A DNA stretch of 64,000 nt from Mobula hypostoma. Its lineage: Eukaryota. The DNA is taken from positions 186,622,001 through 186,686,000 of the forward strand of contig NC_086097.1 of the NCBI RefSeq assembly GCF_963921235.1. Reading direction: 5' to 3'. Positions 53,645-64,000 of the stretch are shown here, piece by piece. Numbering within the stretch: position 1 is the stretch's first letter; the number at the start of each line of letters is the position of its first letter. The position numbers and the translations under genes were made by a program. A model generated the notes under the pieces. That model ran no database searches. It was not told the origin of the DNA and saw only the letters and a list, made by a program, of their open reading frames with translations.

Positions 53645-54185
53645 GAAGAACGATTAGAAGTCAGTGCTCACTTAGAATCCCTTTCGTTACAGACCACAAA
53701 CCAAGCCAGAAACCTTAGTGTTGTCTTAAAAATATAGTGAGAGTTAAAGGGCTTATGTCTCAACAAGATCTAGAAAAGCTCATCCCTGCATTTATTTTTA
53801 GTAGGCTTGACTACTGTAATGCCGTTTTCAAAGGTCTCTGTAAAATATCCCTCAGACAGCTGCAGCTCATTCAGAATGCCGCTGCTAGAGTCCTCACTGA
53901 GACCTAGAAAGTAGAACACTTCACTCCAGTACTCAGATCACTAGACTGGCTTCCTGTCCACCAGAGAATTGACTTTAAAATATTACTACTGGTTTCTAAA
54001 ACACTGAATGGGCCAGGGCCAAAATACATCTCTGATCTCCTGCATTCTGAGTCTTCCTGAGCTCCCAGGTTGTCTGGGGTATGTCTGCTTACTTGGTGAA
54101 GCAGCTTTTAGTTACTATGCTCCACGTAGCTAGAATAACCTTCCAGAGGATCTGAAGTCTGCCCCAACTTTAAGCTCTTTTAAAG
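53645..54185 (+). mobile_element. L2 LINE 3' part (right part)
   Basis: EERLEVSAHL..NQARNL; SRLDYCN..LQLIQNAAARVLT..TPVLRSLDWLPVHQRIDFKILLL. Confidence 0.85.
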
Positions 54186-54860
54186 AAACAACCACTCCCT
54201 CAATGTCGAAAAAACAAAGGATCTGGTTGTGGATTACAGGAGGAATGGAGACGGGCTAACCCCTACCGACATCAATGGATCAGGGGTTGAGAGGGTAAAC
54301 AGCTTTAAGTTTCTCGGCATTCAGATCACCCAGGACCTCACTTGGTCTGTACACACCAGCTGTATGGTGAAAAAGGCACAACAGTGCCTCTTTCACCTCA
54401 GACAGTTGAGGAAGTTTGGTATGGGCCCCCACATCCTAAGAACTTTCTACAGGGGCACAATTGAGAGCATCCTGACTGGCTGCATCTCTGCCTGGTATGG
54501 GAACTGTACCTCCCTTAATCACAGGACTCTGCAGAGTGGTGTGGACAGTCCAGTGCATCTGTAATCATGTAGTTCATGTAGTTCCTATGATTCAGGGTAT
54601 TTACAAAGACAGATGTGAATAAAGGGCCCGAAGGATCATTGGGGATCCGAGTCACCCCAACCACAATCTACTCCAGCTGCTACCTTCTAGGAAACAGTAC
54701 CGCAGCATAAAAGCCAGGACCAACAAGTTCCGGGACAGCTTCTTCCACCAGGTCATCAGACTGATTAACTCACGCTGATTTGTGTATATTTCTATGTTAC
54801 ATTGACTGTTCTATTTATTATAAATTACTACAATTGCACATTGCACAACGTTAAAATGGA
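54186..54860 (+). mobile_element. Rex1/Babar 3' fragment
   Basis: VERVNSFKFLGI..LFHLRQLRKF..FYRGTIESILTGCI. Confidence 0.85.
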
Positions 54861-55004
54861 GCCACTCAGTGATGAGCATCAATGTTCCCAGCCCAGTGCT
54901 TGTACCCCCCCAATACTCTTTCTTTGTTTTATACATTGTTTAATATGGAGCTGTACTGATTCATCAACTTTGGTAGCAAGGGGAACAGATTTCTCACTAC
55001 ACCT

Positions 55005-55212
55005 GTACACCTTCCCTCTCGACCCCTCCCCACCCCAACTTCTTATTCTGGCTTCATCCCCTTTCCTTTCCTTTCCAGTCCTAATGAAGGGTCTCAGCCC
55101 GCAATGTTGCCTGTGTATTCCCCTCTCTAGATGATGCCTAACTTGCTGAGTTCCTGCAGCACTATGTGTGTATTGCTCAGCATTTCCAGCATCTGCAGAA
55201 TCTCTTATGTTT
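55005..55212 (+). mobile_element. Penelope terminal-repeat fragment with decayed hammerhead motif
   Basis: CAGTC-CTAATGA-A-GGGTCTCAGCCC-GCAATGTT-GCCTG at 55076-55113. Confidence 0.65.
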
Positions 55213-55235
55213 AAAATTTGCTCACCTACATTTGA

Positions 55236-55590
55236 TATAGAAACATAGAAAACCTACAGCACAATACAGGCCCTTTGGCCCACAAAGTTGTGCCGAACAT
55301 GTCTTTACCTAAGAACTACCTAGGCTTACCCATAGCCCTCTAATTTTCTAAGCTCCATGTACCTATTCAAGTCTCTTCAAAGACCCTATCGTTTCTGCCT
55401 TCACCACTGCAGCCGGCAGCACATTCCACGCACTCACCACTTTCTGCATAAAAAAACTTGCCCCTGACATCTCCTCTGTACCTACTTCAAGCACCTTAAA
55501 ACTATGCCCTCTCGTGCTAGCCATTTCATCCCTGGGAAAAAGCATCTGACTATCCACATGATCAATGCCTCTCATTGTCTTGTACACCTA
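55236..55590 (-). mobile_element. CR1 3' fragment (same family as 58268-62120)
   Basis: YKTMRGIDHVDSQMLFPR..VVSAWNVLP; shared tail ATAGAAAACCTACAGCACAAT. Confidence 0.85.
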
Positions 55591-55751
55591 ATATACAAAT
55601 GAGTTGCTGTAAAAGCAGTGCAAAGGGAAAGTTAGAATTTTGGATATGAATAAGCTGAGTGGAATAAAGTAACATCTACTTGTTAATCATGACACTGATT
55701 TTACTCTTAAATGCAATTGAATGTGAAAATGCAACACAATAAAAGTATCAT

Positions 55752-57665
55752 TCTAGCAACACACATCAAAGTTGCTGGTGAACGCAGCAGGCCAGGCAGC
55801 ATCTCTAGGAAGAGGTACAGTCAACGCTTCGGACCGAGACCCTTTGTCAGAACTAACTGAAGGAAGAGCTAGTAAGAGATTTGAAAGTGGGAGGGAGAGG
55901 GGGAGATCCAAAAGGATAGGAGAAGACAGGAGGGGTAGGGATGGAGCCAAGAGCTGGACAGGTGATTGGCAAAAGGGATATGAGAGGATCATGGGACTGG
56001 AGGCCTAGGGAAAAAGAAAAGGGGGAGGGGGAAAAACCCAGAGGATGGGCAAGGGGTATAGTGAGAGGGACAGAGGGAGAAAAAGGAGAGAGAGAAAAAG
56101 AATGTGTGTATATAAATAAATAACGGACGGGGTACGAGGGGGAGGTGGGGCATTAGCGGAAGTTTGAGAAGTCAATGTTCATGCCATCAGGTTGGAGGCT
56201 ACCCAGGCGGAATATAAGGTGTTGTTCCTCCAAACTGAGTGTGGCTTCATCTTTACAGTAGAGGAGGCTGTGGACGGACATATCAGAATGGGAATGGGAT
56301 GTGGAATTAAAATGTGTGGCCACTGGGAGATCCTGCTTTTTCTGGCGGACAGAGCGTAGGTGTTCAGCGAAACAATGTCCCAGTCTGCGTCGGGTCTCGC
56401 CAATATATAGAAGGTCACATCGGGAGCACCGGACGCAGTATATCACCCCAGCCGACCCACAGGTGAAGTGTCGCCTCACCTGGAAGGACTGTCTGGGGCC
56501 CTGAATGGTGGTGAGGGAAGAAGTGTAAGGGCATGTGTAGCACTTGTTCCGCTTACCAGGATAAGTGCCAGGAGGGAGATCGGTGGGGAGGGATGGGGGG
56601 GGGACGAAGGGACAAGGGAGTCGCGTAGGGAGTGATCCCTGCGGAAAGCAGAAGTGGGGGGGGAGGGAAAGATGTGCTTAACTGTGGGATCCTGTTGGAG
56701 GTGGCGGAAGTTACGGAGAATAATATGTTGGACCCGGAGGCTGGAGGGGTGGTAGGTGAGGACAAGGGGAATCCTATTCCTAGTGGGGTGTCAGGAAGAT
56801 GGAGTGAGAGCAGATTTGCGTGAAATGGGGGAGATGTGTTTGAGAGCAGAGTTGATGGTGGAGGAAGGGAAGCCTCTTTCTTTAAAAAAGGACATCTCCC
56901 AAGTCCTGGAATGAAAAGCCTCATCCTGAGAGCAGATGCGGCAGAGACTGAGGAATTGCGAGAAGGGGATGGCATTTTTGCAAGAGACAGGGTGAGAAGA
57001 GGAATAGTCCAGATAGCTGTGACAGTCAGTAGGCTTATAGTAGACATCAGCAGATAAGCTGTCTCCAGAGATAGAGACAGAAAGATCTAGAAAGGGGAGG
57101 GAGGTGTCGGAAATGGACCAGGTAAACTTGAGGGCAGGGTGAAAGTTGGAAGCAAAGTTAATGAAGTCAGTGAGCTCAGCATGCATGCAGGAAGCAGCGC
57201 CAATGCAGTTGTCGATGTAGCGAAGGAAAAGTGCAGGACAGATACCAGAATAGGTTTGGAACATAGATTGTTCCACAAAGCCAACAAAAAGGCAGGCATA
57301 GCTAGGACCCATACGTATGCCCATAGCTACACCTTTAGTTTGAAGTAAGTGGGAGGAGCCAAAGGAGAAATTATTAAGAGTAAGGACTAATTCTGCTAGA
57401 CGGAGCAGAGTGGAACTGGTTAGGTCTGGAATCCAAAAAGATGCGGAGAGCTTTGAGACCTTCCTGATGGGGGATGGAAGTAAAATAAAGCGGTGGGGGC
57501 CAGGGAACTTAAAATCATCGATAAGTTTAAGAGCGTGAGAAGTGTCATGAACATAGGTAGGAAGGGATTGAACAAGGAGGGATAAAACCGTGTCGAGGTA
57601 TGCAGAATTGAGTTCGGTGGGGCAGGAGCAAGCTGAGGCAATAGGTCTGCCAGGACAGACCTGTT
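55752..57665 (-). mobile_element. Penelope-like element (RT + GIY-YIG endonuclease), 5'-truncated
   Basis: GRPIASACSCPTE, LTLNNFSF..QTKGVAMGIRMGPSYA, LRYIDN, VYYKPTD; GVIYCVRCSRCDLLYIGETRRRL; terminal repeat 55752-56150 with hammerhead-like motif at 55818-55855. Confidence 0.9.
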
Positions 57666-58267
57666 GTATCATTCTGCTGCTCATAATGGAGGTGGGTGGA
57701 TTACATTTTCATGCATTCCAATTGCATTATTGCCTTTTGGGCAATAAGATTAAACTTGCAACGTCAGTATTTGTTTCTCTTATAGCACAAGCATTTTGCT
57801 ATTTTTTATGGTATTTTTAATTATAGTATGAGGATCATGGACTCACATGAGGTAAATTATTTATGACTAGGATAAAGTGAAGTGTCCTAGACAAATTTCT
57901 ACTCCAATGGGATGTTTCGTCAATGAACATATTCATTACTGTTAATGATAGATTTAGATAATAAGGTAATCATGGTATAAGGGGTAGGGGGATAGGAAGG
58001 GAAAGTAGAACTGTCCTTTTATGAAATGTGTCAGCAGTTTACAGAGGCAATTAAGCATGCTTCTAATCCCATTTAAAATAATAAAATTGTCTCAAAACCA
58101 GTTTGCGAATAATTTGGCAATCATGAATTAGCCAGAATTTATATTAAAGTTAATGCATTTGTCACTGTTTATTTATAAATTGGTCAACGAAGTAAAACCA
58201 TGATAATTGGCTTACTTTTTCCTGAAGCACAACCATATGCACAAACTGGACATAGTAATGAAAACAG

Positions 58268-61200
58268 ATAGAACATAGAAAACCTACAGCACAATATAGG
58301 CCCTTCGGCCGACAAAGTTCAGCCGAACATGTCCCTACCTTAGAAATAACTAGGCTTACCTATAGCCCTCTATTTTTCTAAGCGCTATGTACCTATCCAA
58401 AAATCTCTTAAAAGACCCTATCGTATCCGCCTCCACCACTGTTGCTGGCAGGCCATTCCATGCACTTAGCACTGTCTGAGTCAAAAACTTATCCCTGACA
58501 TCTCCTCTGTACCTACTCCCCAGCACCTTAAACCTGTGCCCTCTCGTGCTAGCCATTTGAGCCCTGGGAAAAAGCCTCTGACAATCCACAAGATCAATGC
58601 CTCTCATCATCTTATACACCTCTATCAGGTCACCTCTCACCCTCCATCGCTCCAAGGAGAAAAGGCCGAGTTCATTCAACCTATTTTCATAAGGCATGCT
58701 CCCCAATCCGGGCAACATCCTTGTAAATCTCCTCTGCACCCTTTCTATGGCTTCCACATCCTTCCTGTAGTGAGGTGACCAGAACTGAGCACAGTACTCC
58801 AAGTGGAGTCTGACCAGGGTCCTATATAGCTGCAACATTACCTCTTGGCTCCTAAATTCAATTCCACGATTGATGAAGGCCAATACACCGTATGCCTTCT
58901 TAACCACAGAGTCAACCTGCGCAGCTGCTTTGAGCATCCTATGGACTCTGACCCCAAGATCCCTCTGATCCTCCACACTACCAAGAGTCTTACCATTAAT
59001 ACTATATTCTGCCATCATGTTTGACCTACCAAAATGAACCACTTCACACTTATCTGGGTTGAACTCCATCTGCCACTTCTCAGCCCAGTTTTGCATCCTA
59101 TCGATGTCCCCTGCAACCTCTGACAGCCCTCCACACTATCCACAACACCTCCAACCATTGTGTCATCAGCAAACTTACTAACCCATCCTTCCACTTCCTC
59201 ATCCAGGTCATTTATAAAAATCACAAAGAGTAAGGGTCCCAAAACAGATCTCTGAGGCACTCCACTGGTGACTGACCTCCATGCAGAACATGACCCATCT
59301 ACAACCACTCTTTGCCTTCTGTGGGCAAGCCAGTTCTGGATCCACAAAGCAATGCCCCCTTGGATCTCATGCCTCCTTACTTTCTCAATAAGCCTTACAT
59401 GGGGTACCTTATCAAATGCCTTGCTGAAATCCATATACACTATACCTACTGCTCTTCCTTCATTAATGTGTTTAGTCACACCCTCAAAAAATTCAATCAG
59501 GCTCGTAAGGCACAACCTGCCCTTAACAAAGCCATGCTGACTAATCCTAATCATACGATACCTCTCCAAATGTTCATAAATCCTGCCTCTCAGGATCTTC
59601 TCCATCAACTTACCAACCACTGAGGTAAGACTCACTGGTCTACAATTTCCTGGGCTATCTCTACTCCCTTTTTTGAATAAAGGAACAACATTTGCAATCC
59701 TCCGGAACCTCTCCCATCCCCATTGATGATACAAAGATTATCGCCAGAGGCTCAGCAATCTCCTCCCTCGCCTCCCACAGTAACCTGGGTACATCTCATC
59801 CGGTCCCGGCGACTTACCTAACTTGATTCTTTCCAAAAGCTCCAGCACATCCTTTCTGAATATCTACATGCTCAAGCTTTTTAGTCTGCTGCAAGTCATC
59901 ACTACAATCACCAAGATCCTTTTCCATAGTGAATACTGAAGTAAAGTATTCATTAAGTACCTCTGCTATTTCCTCTGGTTCCATACACACTTTCTTACTG
60001 TCACACTTGATAGGTCCTATTCTTTCACATCCTATCCTCTTGCTCTTCAAATACTTGTAGAATGCCTTGGGGTTTTCTTTAATCCTGCCCGTCAGGGCCC
60101 TCATGGCCCCTTCTGGCTCTCCTAATTTTCTTCTTAAGCTCCTTCCTATTAGTCTTATAATCTTCTAGATCTCTAACATTACCAAGCTCTCTGAACCTTT
60201 TGTAAGCTTTTCTTTTCTTCTTGACTAGATTTATTACAGCCTTTGTACACCACGGTTCCTGTACCCTACCGTAACTTCCTTGTCTCATTGGAATGTACCT
60301 ATGCAGAACTTCACACAAATATCCTCTGAACATTTGCCACATTTCTTCTGTACTTTTCCCTGAGAACATCTGTTTCCAATTTATGCTTCCAATTTCCTGC
60401 CTGATAGCCTCATAATTCCCCTTACTCCAATTAAATGCTTTTCTAACTTATCTGTTCCTATCTCTCTCCAATGCTATTGTAAAGGAGATAGAATTATGAT
60501 CACTATCTCCAAAATGCTCTCCCACTGAGATCTAACACTTGACCAGGTTCATTTCCCAATAGCAAATCAAGTACAGCCTCTTCTCCTGTAGGCTTATCTA
60601 CATATTGTGTCAAGAAACCTTCCTGAACACACCTAACAAACTCCACCCCATCTAAACCCCTTGCTCTAGGGAGATGCTAATCGATATTTGGGAAATTAAA
60701 ATCTCCCATCATGACAATTCTATTATTACACCTTTCCAGGATTTATTGCCCTATCTGCTCCCCGATATCCCTGATACTATTGGGCGGCCTATAAAAAACA
60801 CCCAATAAAGTTATTGACCCCTTCCTGTTCCTAACCTCCATCCACAGAGACTCTGTAGACAATCCCTCCATGGCGTCCACCTTTTCTACAGCCATGACAC
60901 TATCTCTGATCAACAGTGCCACGTCCCCACCTCTTTTGCCTCTTCCCTGTCCTTTCTGAAACATCTAAAACCCGGCACTTGAAGTAACCATTCTTGTCCC
61001 TGAGCCATCCAAGTCTCTGTAATGGCCATCACATCATATCTCCATGCTCTAAGCTCATCCGCTTTGTTCACAACACTCCTTGCGTTAAAATAGACACATC
61101 TCAAATCTACAGTCTGAGCGCGTCCCTTCTCCATCACCTGCCTATACTCCTTCTCACACTGTCTACAAGCTTTCTCTATTTGTGAACCAGCTTCCTCTTC

Positions 61201-62120
61201 CCCAGTCTCTTTAGTTCGCTTCCCACCTCTAACAATTCTAGTTTAAACTCTCCCCAGTAGCCTTAGCAAACCTCCCCGCCAGGATATTGGTTCCCTGGGA
61301 TTCAAGTGCAACCCGTCCTTTTTATACAGGTCACACCTGCCCCAAAATGATCCAAAAATCTGAATCCCTGCCCCCTGCTCCAATCCCTCAGCCACGCATT
61401 TATCCTCACCTTATTCTATTCCTATTCTTACTGTCGCGTGGCACAGGCAGTAATCCCGAGATCACAACCTTTGCGGTCCTGTTTCTCAACTTCCTTCCTA
61501 ACTCCCTGTAGTCTGTTTTCAGGACCTCTTCCCTTTTCCTACCTATGTCATTGGTACCAATATGTACCACGACCTCTGGCTGTTCTCCCTCACACTGCAG
61601 GATATCTTGGACGTGATCTGAAACATCCCGGACCCTGGCACCTGGGTGGCAAACTACCATCCGAGTTTCTTTCCTGTGTCTACAGAATCACCTGTCTGAC
61701 CCCCTAACTATAGCGTCCCCTATAACTACTGCCTTCCTCTTCCTTTCCCTACCCTTCTGAGCCACAGGGCCAGACTCTGTCAGAGTCACAGCCACTGTCG
61801 TTTCCCCCAGGTAGGCTGTTCCCCCCCCCCGCAACAGTACTCAAACAGGAGTACTTATTGTTCAGGAAGACAGCCACAGGGGTACTCTCTAGTACCTGAC
61901 TCTTCCCCTTCCCTCTCCTGACTGTGACCCACTTGTCTGTCTCTTGTGGTCCCGGTGTGACCACCTGCCTATAACTCCTTTCTATCACCTCCTTGGTCTC
62001 CCTGACCAGGCGAAGGTCATCGAGCTGCATCTCCAGTTCCCCAACTCGGTCCCTTAGGAGCTGCAGCTCGACACACCTGGTGCAGATATGGCCGCCCGGG
62101 AGGCTCCAGGACTTCCCGCA
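58268..62120 (-). mobile_element. CR1 LINE, near full length, frameshifted
   Basis: ORF1 esterase-type VVCHPGARV..VVVHIGTNDIG; ORF2 [40 protein letters not shown]. Confidence 0.92.
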
Positions 62121-64000
62121 TAGTTAACTTTTCAATAGTCTATCCATTTTTATGTATTAAATGCAAATGTAATTTGATGCCATCAAGATTACTGTACAAA
62201 CACAATTGTATTAAACCCTTTAGACTATGCAAATTATTTCTTCAATTCTTTTCTGATTTTGCTATTTGTCAGTATAACCTATTATAAATTTAAAAGTTAA
62301 AGGTGTACAGTAAGAAACATGTATTAATAAATATAACTCTGCAGGTACTTGGCAGTGAGAATATTATTACAAATGCATAAAGTTGCAGTCCCCAGTACAC
62401 TACATAATTTATTAAATATATTGATACCATTTAAGTATGCAAACTTACTATATGTATTGATGTTTCCATTGTTACCTTGTCTGAATCCATCAGCTGAGTA
62501 TTACTTCTAGAAGAGTGATATGAGCAAAAATCTATAAAAAAAAGCCTTCAACTTATTTTAAGTGTATTTGAGACTATTATGGAAAACAACATAAGTGATA
62601 ATGCAAGTTATTAATAAACTTCACTTTTTCATAATAACTACACAGCACCAGTTTCCTTTGAATCCTATGATGTTTACATGTAATTATGTGTTCCATGCAG
62701 GCTATCATTATTTAGACACTGGGGTTTATTCACTTTAAATCTGTATTCACCCACATAATTAGCAACATTCTACTAATAGTCTTTTCCTTTTGTACTGCAT
62801 CGATCTAGATGGTTTAGGCTATCACAATGAACTCCCAATTTCTAAAGTAGCTGTAAATATGTAATACTGAATATTCATTTAAAATATGCTTCCCTTAAGA
62901 GATTTAAACAATAGTTTGTTTCTAAATAGGATGATACACAACTTTCAACTTCATAAGTATTTATTACTGTGTGGTAATCTGAACAGTTCATGAAGGCTGA
63001 TTTTTCTGTTTTTTACCAAATAAAATTATAAGCAATGGAGTGACCTAATATTTAAGAAATCAACCACATGTATAATATACATTAACCTAAACACGGCCTT
63101 CACAATGTGTGTGTACAAAGCCAGACAGGGAGTTAAATACCTTTTCAAAAATCACCTGAGATGTAAGTTTTCTTCAGGGTTTTTAATAAGAACTTACGTG
63201 TGAAGATATTGCTGTTTTAAGGGTAAATAAAGAGGGGGTGGAGTTGGATGACTTTCTACACCAAGTGCTTCAAGTCAAAATCTGAATTAACCTGCACAGG
63301 AAATGATATAAAAAGCAGCTTACATACAGGAAGTGATGTTCATACAAAACAAATACACTTCTAAAGGCTAGAACACTCCCTGTCTGGCATCCATGGAATG
63401 TCAGCTTAGCTACTGAAACTAAAAGATCATTTCATTAAGTCTTTGGCAAAAGAAGAACATTCTCAGAGATTGGTCTTGAAAGCTGTCTTACTACACAGTT
63501 TTTAACCATTCTCATTTGGAAAATGTTGGCCTTGACATACCTGTTCATGGTAATGTCTGATGAGTAGACCAGTGACACAGTGCTTACCCAAAATGCTGGT
63601 TAGGGCAGGTACCTCTGAAGTGAGTTGTGCCCTCTTAATCCATCCTCCAACTCACTATAGTCCCTCAGAGTCAAGAAAGGGCTAGAGTGCACTAAGGTAA
63701 CTTTGGACTGGGAGAGGTTCCTGCTTTGTGATGCACTGCACATCCTCTGCACTCACCTGTCTTTGAACAAGAAAGACTCTACCCTTTGCCCAATTCAGTT
63801 GCTCCGCGCTGAGTGGTTGCTTACAAATGTGCCAGCCACAGCAAAGGCTCTCTTTGGCTACCTCTACAATCTTCTCTTTCATAAAAATATTACACTTACA
63901 AAGACTGAAATTGCTTAGGCGCCCATTCTCCAGGACAGTAGTCTTAAATGCACTGATGAGCACCATCAAAGAAGATTTCATCCACTATGATCCAACCCAA

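Noticed and set aside
62808..62865. DGLGYHNEL reading as possible calb1 exon 10
   Set aside because: No in-phase AG acceptor, no similarity beyond DG.GY, and an early stop; the expected DGNGYIDENELDALLKDL-like exon was not found in the window.

Overview
Vertebrate genomic DNA; the repeat content points to a cartilaginous fish, probably a ray (inference). The window holds the 5' region and coding exons 1-9 of a calbindin gene (calb1, + strand, ATG at 4815). All nine exons have GT-AG boundaries and join into an open 606-nt (202-codon) frame; exons 10-11 were not found and probably lie beyond 64000. The introns, especially the ~30-kb intron 5 and the >14-kb intron 9, are full of decayed and often nested transposons: CR1, Rex1/Babar, L1, L2, Penelope-like elements, a near-complete HERO-type RLE retroelement, a rearranged Tc1, mariner and hAT MITEs, and DeuSINE relics. 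Most notable: (i) a dispersed family of minimal hammerhead-ribozyme motifs from Penelope termini, the best-preserved copy in sense orientation in intron 3; (ii) an unusual EF-hand ligand pattern in this calbindin (EF1 degenerate, EF2 near-canonical); (iii) several teleost-looking transposons. Repeat family calls come from recognised motifs, not database searches, and their boundaries are approximate. No prokaryotic system is present.
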